Assembly: GCA_964016885.1 (NCBI GenBank)
Contig: OZ024741.1
Coordinates: 229,090,001-229,154,000 of the forward strand
DNA from: Eledone cirrhosa
Taxonomy: Eukaryota
Direction of reading: 5' to 3'
DNA length: 64,000 nucleotides
Shown here: piece by piece, positions 13,097-25,520 of the stretch
Position numbering within the stretch: position 1 is the stretch's first letter
Layout: every line of letters begins with the position of its first letter
The notes under the pieces: generated by a model
What the model saw: the letters and a program-made list of their open reading frames with translations, nothing else
Told to the model about the DNA's origin: nothing
The model's database searches: none
Translations under genes and position numbers: made by a program

Positions 13097-13422
13097 TTTG
13101 AAAATGTGTATATGTAAGATACTATATGATATACGTGTGGACCAGTTATTGTGTTAAATACATACATTAACTACAAAAACTCCTTATAATCCTGGCGTTC
13201 TCACACGACCACTGAGACGACTGTGACATGATCTCAGCTTAAAACATTTATAGCAAAACAACACTGAAAACAAAGTAAAAATGTAATTAACTGCAAATTC
13301 AGCAAAAATAACAACAATACTAAATACATATCGTACATGCCATCATATACAACTCGAATATGAATCACACTATGTTAATGCTACTTCTAATTAATCCCAG
13401 CCAAGTCAAGCACTTATATATG

Positions 13423-14182
13423 TATTGGCAGTATCAGTAGAGCGCCAAACACCATGCTTTGCAACATAGAGTAATGGCCCTTTACGTTCTGAGTTCAAAT
13501 ACTGCCGAGGTTGGCTTTGCCTTTCATCCTTACGGGGTCGATAAAATAAAGTACCAGTAATACATTGGAGTAATTGCTGGCCTTGTGCCAAAAGTAGAAA
13601 CTATTATATATACACATATCGTATATACCTTTATATACAACTTTATTGTGAATAATGCTTTGTTACTGCTACTTGTAAACAATCTTTGGTGCCTGTTCAA
13701 TTGGCATATATCTATTGTTGGTGATTGTGGTTTCTTGGTAATTACTATTGCTGCTATTTTCTTTTACACTTATTTCTAATCCGTAGAACATTCTTTGTCA
13801 TTGTATTGTAGTTACAAAGTTCTAGAGAGCGCCTATATGGAATGACATTATTCCAAGCGTCAGACACCATACTTTGCAGCATAGTGTTATGGCCCTTTAC
13901 GTTCTGAGTTCAATTCCAACCGAGGTTAACTTTGCCTTTTATCCTTACGGGGTCGATAAAGATCTTTACGGGGTCGATAAAATAAAGTACTAGTAAAGCA
14001 CTGGGGTAATTGCTGGCCTTGTGCCAAAAGTAGAAACAATTATTATAGCAGAATTCTTAAAACGTTGGATAAATGCTTCGTACTATTTATTCCAGCACTT
14101 TACGTTCTGAGTTCAAATTCTGCCGAGGTCAGCTTTTCCTTTCATCCTTCCAGGTACGATAATATAAAATACCAGTTAAGTA
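13423..14182 (+). mobile_element. Cluster of three Nin/Deu-domain tRNA-SINEs
   Basis: Copies at ~13423-13607, 13826-14045 and 14046-14182. B-box gagttcaaat, tttgcctttcatccttacggggtcgataaaataaagtaccag, tail ggccttgtgccaaaagtagaaac. Confidence 0.85.
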
Positions 14183-14375
14183 CGTCTGGGTGATGGTAGT
14201 TACCACAATACTGGTTTGTATTTATCTTTCTTAATTTGTTCTTAAATTGAGTTCAGCAAACCCTATTGTCTGTAGTTAGTATTTTTTTCACCTAGCGATG
14301 TTGGTACATTACGATTTGAACACATATATATATATGTCTGTATTTGTTTTTTCCTTTTTGTTCAGTTATATATAT

Positions 14376-14809
14376 ATATTGTTATACTTGGGGAGGGTCA
14401 TATTTGTGTAATATTGCCAGAATTAATAACAAAACACACTCACTGTTTGGTTGGTTTTCGCTTCTCGCTGTCTTTTATATCGGTAATCTAACTTACTCGG
14501 TCCTCAATGTTGCCATTGACTGACCGACGGTCAAAAATAATACAGATACAATATAGACAATATAGACAATATGTCTATATTGTATCTGTATTATTTTTGA
14601 CCGTCGGTCAGTCAATGGCAACATTGAGGACCGAGTAAGTTAGATCGCAGATATAAATGACAGCGAGAAGAAAAAACCAACCAAACAGTGAGTGTGTTCT
14701 GTTATTAATTCTGGCAATATTACACAAATATGACCCTCCCCAAGTATAACAATATTTGTTTCGACACACGATTTCATATAAAAAACCTCGCAAAACTAAT
14801 TCATCGCCG

Positions 14810-14810
<1 letters not shown>
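14376..14810. repeat. Palindrome (~190-bp arms) of a putative PLE 5' UTR and ORF start
   Basis: 14376-14560 and 14572-14755 are inverted. The right arm continues into MTLPKYNNICFDTRFHIKNLAKLIHRR, homologous to MTLQKYNNIGFNTRFQIKNLAKQIQKR at ~52255. A third copy lies at ~41113-41270 (-). Confidence 0.75.
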
Positions 14811-14862
<52 letters not shown>

Positions 14863-15384
14863 GAGAGAGAGAGAGGGAGAGAGAAAGCGAGACAGAGAGA
14901 GTGGGGAGAGAGAGAGAAAGAGAGAGAGATGTATATAAACGTTCGCATGTATGTTTGTGAATATCTATGTATTGTTTAGTGTGCTTTTGTATGTAAGTGT
15001 ACACGACGCGCGTGGGTGTATGATGTGTACGTGTTTATACGTGAGTATGTATCTGTATATCTGAGTGTGTCTGTAAATTTGTGTGTGCGTGTGCGTACGT
15101 GTGTATACACGCGTGCACGTTTACCCTATCTTCCGATCATTATTTTTGCTCCATCTAATTGTCTGCTACCGGAAGTGGAACGACCGGAAGTAGTGACAAA
15201 CGGTCCTAAGTTGTTACCTTGTTACCTCCACCGCCATTCATGCCCACCTCCTACCACAGTCAACCTTTACAGCCGGATTAAGCTATGTTGCTTCCGTCCA
15301 TGTTGCTGTTGTTGGTTTTGTTACAATTGTCGGTGCTTTTGTTGTTATTATTGTTGTTATTTTTATTTTTGCTGAAGTTGCCAT

Positions 15385-16130
15385 TGTTGCTGTTGTTGAT
15401 GATGTTGATGATGGTGGTGTTGGTGATGGTGGTGGTGATGGTGGTGGTGGTGTTGGTGATGGTGGTGGTGGTGGTGATGGTGGTGTTGGTGATGATGGTG
15501 GTGTTGGTGATGGTGGTGGTGGTGATGGTGGTGATGGTGGTGTTGGTGATGGTCGTGGTGGTGATGGTGGTGTTGATGATGATGGTGGTGTTGGTGATGG
15601 TGGTGGTGGTGATGGTGGTAGTGGTGGTGGTGATGGTGGTGTTGGTGATGGTCGTGGTGGTGATGGTGGTGTTGATGATGATGGTGGTGTTGATGATGGT
15701 GGTGGTGGTGATGGTGGTGTTGGTGATGGTGGTGATGTTGATGGTGGTGGTGGTGATGGTGGTGGTGGTGGTGGTGGTGGTGGTGATGGTGATGGTGGTG
15801 GTGGTGATGGTGGTGGTGGTGGTGGTGGCGATGGTGGTGATGGTGGTGGTGGTGGTGGTGGTGGTGATGGTGGTGTTTTTGATGGTGCTGTTGGTGGTGG
15901 TGCTGCTACTGGTGCTACTGGTAGTGGAGATAGTGGGTGAGGTTGTGTCGTTGCTGGGGTTGTTGTTACTATTCTTGCTGTAGTTACTATCCTTGCTCTT
16001 TTTATTGTTGCTGTAGTTATTATCGTTGTTGTTATTGCTGTTGTTGTAGTTGTTGTTGTTGCAGCTAGTGTTTTCATTGCTATTGTTCGTGTTGTTGTTA
16101 CTGCCGTTGGTCTTGAAGTAACTGATATTG
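15385..16130. repeat. (GGT/GAT/GTT)n trinucleotide microsatellite
   Basis: Seen directly; explains the poly-P and poly-V/M ORFs. Confidence 0.95.
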
Positions 16131-16148
16131 TTATTACTCCTGTTGAAG

Positions 16149-16750
16149 GGCGCTCTACCGATTCTGCCAATCCACCGATTGGCAGAATCGGTAGAGCGCC
16201 GGACATGCTTTGCAGCATAGAGTTACGGCCCTTTACGTTATGAGTTCAAATCCCGCGCCGAGGTTAGCTTTGCCTTTCATCCTTACGGGATCGATAAAAT
16301 AAAGTACCAGTAATGAACTGGAGTCGATTTAATCGACTTTCCCCTCTCCCCCTCAAATTGCTGGCCTTGTGCCTAAATCAGAAAGCATTATTACTCCTGT
16401 TGACGTTGTTGTTACTGCTGCTGCTGTTGCTGCTGTTCCTGTTGCTGATATTGCTGCTGCTGTTGCTGCTGTTGCTGCTGTTGTTCCTGTTGCTGTTGCT
16501 GATATTGCTGCTGCTGTTGCTGCTGTTGTTGCTGTTGTTGCTGCTGCTGTTGCTGATGCTGTTGCTGCTGTTCCTGTTGCTGTTGCTGATATTGCTGCTG
16601 CTGTTGCTGCTGTTGTTGCTGTTGTTGCTGCTGCTGTTGCTGATGCTGTTGCTGATGCTGTTGCTGATGCTCTTGTTGTGTGATGATGTTATTTACCAGT
16701 AATACACTGGGTAATTGCTGGCCTTGTGCCTAAAGTAGAAACAGTTATTA
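16149..16750 (+). mobile_element. SINE with fold-back 5' end, (GCT/GTT)n expansion and duplicated tail
   Basis: gcgctctaccgattctgccaatc-cacc-gattggcagaatcggtagagcgc hairpin. SINE body to ~16390, microsatellite 16405-16680, second tail 16695-16750. Confidence 0.8.
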
Positions 16751-17015
16751 CTGTTGTGGTTGATAACGCTGTTCTTTTTGTAACCAGTGTTGTTGCTACC
16801 ATTGTTGTCATAGTTGTTGTAGCTGTTGATATTTAGACTCATGGCTGTCCTAGTTCAGCAGATCTATTATCGATGCTATAGCTATTCTTGTAATGTTTTG
16901 GAGAAAAGGTCGGTTGCGAGCATTGTAGTTCTCTCGCAATAAAAACAATAATCACCTATCTGTATGTCAGCATAGTGAAAGTCTTTTTTTTTAAGTCTGT
17001 GTTGTGTTGTTGGAC

Positions 17016-17077
<62 letters not shown>

Positions 17078-17189
17078 GTTATAATGTGGTGGTGTTATGG
17101 GCTGTTCTGTCGCGTTGTAGACGTGTCTGAATGGTGCATGAGGCAAAGTTGTATTATGAATGGATACTATGACAGTGGATAATAACTGC

Positions 17190-17330
17190 AGAGCGGCCAA
17201 ATGCAACGATCTGACCTGATACCTCGACCCAACATGGCCCAATATAGCCAGAGATAGGGAGCGGTGAAGGTTAACCATAGAGAGGCTCCTCCAACAGGTG
17301 TGAGAAAACCTTGGATTTGGATTTGGGGTT
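17190..17330 (+). mobile_element. Possible RTE-like LINE 3' remnant
   Basis: Translates to PTWPNIARDRER*RLTIERL, resembling the W..IA.DR..WR C-terminus. Short ggattt repeat tail. Confidence 0.35.
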
Positions 17331-18292
17331 GTGGTGTTTTAGGGAGTTTTGTGGTGTTATAGATATGTCTGATCTGAATAGGAGAAATAGAACTATTTTT
17401 AATATTTTCACATCAGGTCAACCATCTTTGTTTTGTTGTTGCTGTTGGACTACATTATTTAATGTGTCCATATTTTTTTAAAGAGAATGAAGCATATTTT
17501 AAAGAAGATTTGGCTGCTAATTCTAGAAGCAAATGATGATATAGAGGTTTCGTCATTGTCTCGTAGTGAATTTAGTAGTGCTCTTGAATAGTGCATATGT
17601 ATATCTAGCTATCAAGAAGTGTGAAGCTGTGTTTCGTGCATTGACAACGACTGTAAGCTTTCTGTAGCTACAAAAGGTCTTCCATTTTCTGTATTTTTGT
17701 TTCATTTTGTTGATGATCTGTAAGTGGGGCCTATGTACGACTTGTTATTGTCATCATCATCCCTACTGCCATCATCACTGTGGTCATTATCATCATCACT
17801 GCCATCACCACCATACCACTTCCACAACCACCACCACAACCACCACTCCTACTACAACCACTACTACCACACCCGCAACCCCTATCATCATAATCACGAT
17901 TATCACCGTTCCCACTACAACATCCCCATCACCATCGTGTGTACGTATGTGAGAGTATGTGTTCGTATGTGTATGTTCGCGCGCGTGTGTGTGTGTATTA
18001 TTTAGTTCCATGTTATCCTTGATTCAGACAAAGAACAAAATAGTTCTGACTGTCGTGGTCATACACATTTGTATAGTAATATATATATATATATATCACC
18101 AACTTCATCTCCTAAATTTCTATGTATTCAACTTTTGTTTTTATATATTTATTCCCCCTCCACCTCCTCCTCCTCCTCTCCCTTTCTATCTTCTCTCCTC
18201 TTCCTGTTATGATTCGCAGTGTTCTTTGCGGTTTATTGTGGTTTCCTGCAGAGATATTGGGGGCAAAGGTAACACTAGACTAAACCATGATA

Positions 18293-18587
18293 TAAGGCAA
18301 AGTTAACCTCGGCGGGATTTGAACTCAGACCGTAAATCGACGTAACTCTATCTTGCAAAGCATATTGTCCGACGCCCTACCGATACTACCAATCCACCAC
18401 TTTAAAGCCAGTAAAAATAATTGTTTCTACTTTAGGCACAAGGCCAGCAATTACCCAGTGCATTACTGGTACTTTATTTTATCGACCCCGTAAGGATGAA
18501 AGGCAAAGTCAACCTCGGCGGGATTTGAACTCAGATCGTAAAGGGACGTAACTATGCTGGAAAGCATGGCGTCCGACTCTCTACCGA
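18293..18587 (-). mobile_element. Two Nin/Deu-domain SINE copies
   Basis: aaggcaaagttaacctcggcgggatttgaactcag occurs twice; tail tttctactttaggcacaaggcc. Confidence 0.85.
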
Positions 18588-19002
18588 GTAAGTAAAAATA
18601 ATAACAATATATAATATATAATGAGGCGCTGAATTTGTCTGAGTCACTAGAACGTTGATTGATCAAATAATCTGCCGATCATAAAGGGGCGTAACCCCAT
18701 GACATAAAACATGTTGTCCGGCGCTCCACCGATACTTCCTATCCACCTGTTAACAAATCATTGTAGTTGTTGTATATGGTAGTGGTGACGAGGAGGCGGT
18801 AATATTAGTGGCAGTAAATGTCTTTGTTGTTACTGCTGTTATTTAGTTCCATGTTATCCTTGATTCAGACAAAGAACAAAATAGTTCTGACTTTCGTGGT
18901 CATACACATTCATATATATCTAAATATTTATTTATACTTTAACTGGTTTCAGTCATTGAACTGCGGCCATGCGGGGGCATACACATAAACATATATATTT
19001 GT

Positions 19003-19081
<79 letters not shown>

Positions 19082-19627
19082 AGTATATGTGTACGTGTGT
19101 TTGTGTACGTGTGTTTGTGTGTTTACTTTCATGTCATGTAAAAAAATGTTTTATCCATGCGCAGATAAGCCATGCTTAAGCGCATGGCTGCAAGTGGTTC
19201 TTCCGCTCCAAGTAATTAAACACTTCCGGTTGTTGTTTTTGTCCATAATAAGCCTTTAAAACATTTGATTTGCCTTCTGATGTTTTCTTCTTCATTATAA
19301 TCCTCATCAACGTCCTCATCATCATCACGTTCGTAATCAACCTCATCATCACCACCATCATCATCGGCACTACCATGACCACTGTCGTCATTAATATCAT
19401 CGTCAACGTGACCATCAGCATCATCATCATCATCATCATCCCCATCAGCACCACTACCATCACCTTCATCTATTCATTTATTGTTGTTCCTTATCAGCAG
19501 CAGCAGCAATAGTACCATCACCACCACCATCACTACCACTGATATTAAAATCATCATCACCATGACCACCATGATCACCACTATCACTCTCTCTCTCATC
19601 ATCTTCATCATCTTCAACATCACCATT

Positions 19628-21056
19628 ATATACCTAATATATATTTGTGAAATGGGCGGTGGTTGAAATTCAAATGTGTACGGTTAAATGGTAGTAGACG
19701 TGGTCGGAGCGACATGAAAATTTACACACCTATGTAAAAAGTGCCTAGGAAGCAAATAGACGAAGTTTCAAATCTCTAACTTGAAAAATGTGGTCCCTGG
19801 GGCCCCAAAACTATCGCGTTCGGTGAGTTATTTCCCCCTGCTCTAATACTTTTGTCTTATTTACAATTTCATCATCCTTCTACATTTAACGATCATACAG
19901 TACCGTTTTATGAAATCGATTCTGTAGTACGGTCACTATTTTCCATCAAAAGAAATAAAACCCTCGGCGATACTTGGTTTTAGTGTCCTAAATTATCATC
20001 ATCGACATTCAATTATTAGCTCCACCCACTACACGATACGTCACGAAGGTAAATGTTTCGAAAAAATTTTAAACTGTATATCGCAACAATATATTGTTTA
20101 AAGAAATTTTTTTTCTGTTGTTAAAAACTGTAAATCTGTTAAAAAAAAATGTATTTCGCAGCAATTTTTTTTTTCTGTTAAAAACTGTAAATAAATATTC
20201 ATGTAAAAATGAAGCATAGTGTTTCGGTTAAATATATATATTTTTTTAACAGAATTACAGTTTTAAACAACAGAAAAAAAATTTATTTAAACAATATATT
20301 GTTGCGATATACAGTTTAACATTTTTTGGAAACATTTACCTTCGTGACGTGTGGTGTGTTAAAAAAAAATGTATTTCGCAGCAATTTTTTTTCTGTTAAA
20401 AACTGTAAATAAATATTCATGTAAAAATGAAGCATAGTGTTTCGGTTAAAAACTTAAAAACCGTAAATAAATATTCATGTAAAAATGAAGCATAGTTTTT
20501 CTGTGAAAAACTGTAAATAAATATTTATTTTGTTCAAAAAATAAATCAAAAATCTAATTTTCTCTGTTAATATTTTAATAAATATTTATTCTAAAAATTC
20601 AATGTTTTTTCGTGTAAAAATGAAGCATGTAAGATAATGAATATGTAAAAATCAAGCAGCAGCTGATGACGTGTCGTGACGTATCGTGTAGTGGGTGGAG
20701 CTAATAATTGAATGTCGGTGATGATAATTTAGGACACTAAAACCAAGTATCGCCAAACCCTTAAATTGCGAAGAAGGGACGCGTGTTTTTATTTTAATTC
20801 TAATACATGTTAACCACCACTAACAGTAAGTAGTATTTTTCAAATTTCATATCGACATTGCTATTAATAAACATCGCTGTTAATAAACAACGCTTTTCAC
20901 GTCGCTCCACTTCTCATTGTACGACGTCCACCCCCAAGTGCATATTTCTATTTTTTTTTCCTGAAACTGCTTCTTTATAATAAACTTTCAATAATATTTT
21001 TCAAATTATTAACTTAATAAAAAGTGGCCCCGGGTGCAACCGGGCTCAGCTGCTAG
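19628..21056 (+). mobile_element. Non-autonomous Helitron
   Basis: 3' hairpin cccgg-gtgcaa-ccggg followed by CTAG at 21053-21056. 5' boundary approximate. Confidence 0.65.
19966..20754. mobile_element. MITE with ~80-bp TIRs and 8-bp TSD (Merlin-like), nested in Helitron
   Basis: TIR ggcgatacttggttttagtgtcctaaattatcatca...acgatacgtcacga at both ends. TSD aaaccctc/aaaccctt. GG terminus plus 8-bp TSD fits Merlin. Internal direct and inverted repeats. Confidence 0.8.
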
Positions 21057-23091
21057 TATATATAAAAAGTGAAGTTGGGTGTTGTTTGTTTGTTTGGAGT
21101 CCCGAACTTGCAGGCTACACCGTTCATCCGATTTTTATGAAACGTGACACATATATAAAACTCGACCCATAGACTGAAATAGGCTACTTGAAATTTTCGA
21201 AAAGTCTATAATCGGGTCCCCAGAAGCCAAAAATCGATATTTTCAAACATCGTCCGATTTCGATGAAACTCGACACAAGTGTGTATTTTGATCCGGGGAT
21301 GAACGTGGGCTACATTAATTGTATCACCAGAGGCAAAAATCGATATTTATGAATTTGTCCGATTCCAATGAAATTTGACTGAGGTATGTATTTTGATGCG
21401 GGGATCAATGTGGGGTACTGGAAATCGATAAAATCGATAATCGGACCTCCAGAGGCAAACATCGGTATTTTCAGAATTCGTCTGATTTCAATGAAATTTG
21501 ATATTACCACAATAATAGATACATTAGGAGTTACTCCAAGGCTGCAAAAATTCAGAAAGTTTTTTTAAACTCATAAATCATGCGTTAAATGAGACCTTTA
21601 AGAGTTAGGGCAGACAATTATTGATAGTTTAATTATCAATGGCGCAATATTGTGGAAATATGCAAATCTACGCCTTTCTTTATGGGAAAATGGAAGGCTT
21701 TACAAACAGATATTCAGGGTTCTTTGAGTAGAATTCTTAATTCTTAAATAATTGTACAGTCAACAAAATATATGACAGAATGTTTTTCATTTTTTTTTCA
21801 AAACCTTTCGATTTCAATGAAATTTAATGTATTCAATGAAATTTAATGTATTCTAAATTAAATGTATTCAATGAAATTTAATGTATTCGAACACAAGCAC
21901 TTTTAGTTTACACCTGGCGCAATCAAAATCAATTTCATATGTCCATATAAGCACGCACACACTGTGACTCACGCGCGTTATTGATTGGACGGCCTGTCTA
22001 TACCACGAGCAGTATGTTTTCTCAACGATAGATACACAAACAGGTATGCACGCACGTGCGAACCGCCTTTTTCTCTTTGTGTGTATCCGTATCAATAAAT
22101 CCGGCCGTCTCACTAAATGGACCTTTACAGAATTTGCCCACTTACTTATCGGTGAGTTAGTGCTTACTTATTTAGACTACTTGCATGCCTTTTCAGTTAA
22201 ATTTAATTCCTTTTTCGCTTTCCTTAAATTTAAAAATCCCCATTGGGACTAGGGGATTGTCGACATCTTAGCGTTAAACTTTTCATATTCCCCCTTATTC
22301 AAGTGCAAATACAGTATTATCCCTATCTGAAAGGAAACCAAATTTAATGGTGTGTGTTTTGTGGTGCCAAAAGCTAAAAGCGGTGAGTAAATTTTCAAAC
22401 AGGCTTAAATAATCATGCTTTCTTGAAAAAAATTACTAAATAATACTTTGACCAAGTTGTATTGGACATATACAAAGTTGTAAAAAATGTTACGTCCGTA
22501 CCAATTTTTTCCTTTTTTAAACAAAAGATTCTAAAAAATTACTTAATTCATAACACTACTGTCACAGATTTTTGCACAGGAAGTGAGTAAGTTTTCGGGT
22601 TTTTAAACGTAAGTTCACCAGGGTTTCTGCCTTTTCCATTATTAGCCCACCTCTAATGGCATTTTTTGTTCTGTTTACGACTAAATGTTATGAGCGTATT
22701 TGTAAATTGCTATTGTTCTTTAATTTTTTAATTAGTTGTCATTGACCATCTGTAGGCAGTGCAATTTATTGCGCACACGTACACACCTGCATGCAGATAA
22801 ACACCTCAGCTAATAAAAAAATCGATAATTTGCTTATTAAGACATCGGTCAAAAAGAGATATTGAATGTACTTTAGAAAATTTTTTGAATATATTGTTCT
22901 TTTTGGCATATGTCAGAAATATAGCTACTATTCACTTTGGTTATTTTTTGTAACTAAGAAACGGTTCCTTTTGGGTGGATACTTAACGAGAAAGATCCCA
23001 GGGTTTGGGACAAGTTTGTTTCAGGCACTGTATAGACGCCAATTTTGTCACACCTTGGTTATGAATTCGTATTCTTTTCCAATAGATGATA

Positions 23092-23348
23092 CCGTATTTT
23101 CCGCTCTATAAGGCTCACCGGGATATAAGGCGTATCATTTAAAATCAGGTCCGCGCAACGGCGTGTAAGGCCAACCAGGAAAATGCTACCTTCTTTACTT
23201 TTAGTCTAGATCTATTACTTCTGTTAGAGCCGTGATTGATTACCATTGTATTATTTATACATAAGGCTCACCAGAGTATAAAGCGCAGAGCTGTTTTTTT
23301 TATGAAATTTAGGTATTTTAAGTGCATTTTATAGGCCGGACAATTCGG
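23092..23348. mobile_element. Tc1/mariner-pogo-type MITE (TA TSD)
   Basis: ta|ccgtattttccgctctataag ... ttataggccggacaattcgg|ta imperfect TIRs. Confidence 0.6.
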
Positions 23349-23452
23349 TAAGTTATTATAATCATATTTCCAAACCTTCCCATTCACCAGTAACCATGCT
23401 AGCGAATCTGGTGTCACCTCTCTCTAACCTAACAGCTTCGTTACACGTCGTT

Positions 23453-24432
23453 ATGCCCACACGGAAACGTTCAAGACTTACCTCCAGAAAAGATACAGCT
23501 ACTGCTTTGAGACGACGAATTAGGCGTTCTCAGGTATGCGTTCATTCACAATTGGTTAATCCTTTATGCAATATTCTCCCTTAATGTTAGCAAGCACTGC
23601 GTTTATCCTAACTGTCACCACTTTTAAGCAACTACAACATTATAATCGTAGTTATATTACATTTATTGTCTTACCTTGATTCCGTTTTGTTCATATTATA
23701 CTTTTCTCATTTAATATCGGCACAGTGCCTTTGGCTTAGCTAACCAGTAGCATTAATTAACTTTCTCTAGGAAACACCTGCTGAGCGCGAATCTCGACTC
23801 GCTGATAGACGTCTTTCCCGGCTGGTTGAGTCACCAACATCCCGTACGACAAGGCTTGCTGATGTTTGCCTTCGTCGCCAACAAGCGCTTGCGGAGGAGT
23901 CACCAACATCCCGTACGGCGCGTCTTGCTGGCGTCGCCTTCGTAACCAACAAGCGCTTGCAGAGGTGTCACCAACATCCCGTACGACGCGGCTTGCTGAC
24001 GTTCGCATTCGTCACCAACAAGCGCTTGCAGAAGAGTCACCAACATCCCGTCAGACGAGGCTTGCTGGGGTTTGCCTTCGTCGTCAATAAGCGCTTGCAG
24101 AGGAGTCCAAGGCAGACAGAGACAACAGGCTTGCTGCTAAGCGTTCTCGGCAAAAGCAGCCTTCAGATATACCCCCTCTGAGGATTACGGACGATTTCTG
24201 TCTACAGTTTCCATTGGCAAAATGGATAATGTCTGTAAATCCTGCAAGGCAATGAAGTGGCCAGGCGAAGCCCCTTCTATGTGCTGTGCAGGAGGTAAGG
24301 TGCAACTAGAAGCATTGGCTGACCCGCCAGACGTTCTTCTGAATCTACTTACAGGTGACGACACTAGGGCTACAACTTTCCGCTGTAACATGTGGAAATA
24401 CAACTCCTGTTTCATGATGACCTCCTTTGGTG
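23453..24432 (+). pseudogene. Helitron RepHel N-terminus (spliced; 23-aa repeats plus Zn-binding motif), truncated
   Basis: Exon 23453-23533 (MPTRKRSRLTSRK...RRSQ), GT-AG intron 23534-23770 in phase 0, 69-bp repeats ESPTSRTTRLADVCLRRQQALAE, then CKSCKAMKWPGEAPSMCCAGGKV...YNSCFMMTSFG. Confidence 0.75.
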
Positions 24433-24602
24433 TAGACAATAACAACACCAACAACAGCGTGAACCTCAACAACAACGTTGCACCTGTGATGCGCGGGAAG
24501 TAACTTTCACACATTTTAACAACAGAGCAAAGGTCGACTTACACCCGGGAAACGCCGGCCGGGTACTTCTGCTAGTATATATATATATATATATATACAG
24601 AT

Positions 24603-24639
<37 letters not shown>

Positions 24640-24736
24640 TATAAAGTTATGAAACGAAAGGAGGTGTGTGATTACTAAAAACAAGGTTTAGCATGGTGGT
24701 AGGACGGAACAAGAGAAGAAAGGAAAGAAGGAGTTT

Positions 24737-24815
24737 CCATCGTCAGCTGTAAATGTTTCCCGAACCGATGTTTCGGCGCTGAATTACAGGACATCGGTGT
24801 AGTTCGGGTGCGCCG
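24737..24815 (-). ncRNA. Candidate non-circularly permuted hammerhead ribozyme, copy 1
   Basis: Minus strand: cccgaac-tac-accgatGTC-ctgtaa-ttcagcgcc-GAAA-catcggt-tcggg-aaacat-ttacag-CTGACGA-tgg. Confidence 0.6.
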
Positions 24816-25520
24816 GGGGCCTTTTATTAATCAAAAGGCCTGGTGGAAAAGGAGAGAGAAAGAGAGAAAAAAAGGAGAGAAAAAAGGAAAGAGAGGAAAA
24901 GGAGGAAGAACAAGGGGGGGGGGGAGGAGGAGGTGGAAAAATAGGAAAAGAATAGAAGAAAAAAAGTGTACAGGTCCCATCGTGGGAAAACACTGGTGAA
25001 AGAAACATGCAAAAAAGTAACCGTGGAAAAATAGGGAAAGTAAGTTGTTGCCAACCTGGGAGACTTTAGCCTGGTGGTCAGCTACGACTCAGAGCTGGTA
25101 TAATCGTGCTGCCTCTCACATAGACAGGAGAAAGTGAGAGAGAGACACGGGCAACCAAAAATGAGGAGAAGGGAAAGGGAGATAATCCAGAAGGGTTTAT
25201 TTTACGACGGTGGTAAAAACGTGCTGCAAAGATTGCGGACAGAGAGGCCACCACGGCACGTGTAAACATGTCAACAATCAAAACCGAGCGGATGGATAGA
25301 GAGAGAGGGAGAGAGGAAAAAACGAGAGTGAGGAGGAGAAGGGAAGAGAGAAGGGAAGGTCGATGCGAAAGTGAGGAGGGAACACAGATCGACCAAAGCA
25401 GGTAGGGTCACAGCGGTAAATACAAAAAATTATGAAACGAAAGGAGCTGAGTGGTTACTAAAAACAAGGTTTAGGATGGTGGTTAGGACGGAACAGGAGA
25501 AGAAAGGAAGAAAGAAGTTT

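Larger units (their letters stand above)
21057..24574 (+). mobile_element. Internally deleted Helitron (5' region, start of RepHel gene, 3' end)
   Basis: Subterminal ccgattt..atgaaa repeats at 21125-21500, RepHel N-terminal fragment, 3' hairpin cccgg...ccggg then tacttctgCTAG. Confidence 0.75.

Noticed and set aside
13423-13510. tRNA genes at SINE heads
   Set aside because: A/B boxes are present but there is no cloverleaf, and they are always followed by the SINE body.
15168-15193. Two CCGGAAGT ETS-type motifs as a host promoter
   Set aside because: No CpG island, gene or other supporting context.
15283-16702. Extensin-like poly-Pro ORF and poly-V/L/A ORFs
   Set aside because: Trinucleotide microsatellites open in several frames, with starts lying inside SINE sequence.
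17998-18910. 75-bp direct repeat at ~18000 and ~18840 as LTRs or a TSD
   Set aside because: No TG..CA ends, PBS or PPT; more likely copies of a dispersed short repeat or a local duplication.
21813-21890. Short regularly repeated 20-mer, and spaced ccgattt..atgaaa repeats at 21125-21500, as a possible CRISPR-like array
   Set aside because: Tandem or degenerate subterminal Helitron repeats in eukaryotic DNA; no unique equal-length spacers and no cas genes.
24728-24752. Alternative ordinary minimal hammerhead CUGACGA-ug-GAAA-cucc
   Set aside because: No stem III, NUH or stem I partner downstream. The upstream GAAA-catcggt/accgatGUC pairing is far better, which favours the permuted model.
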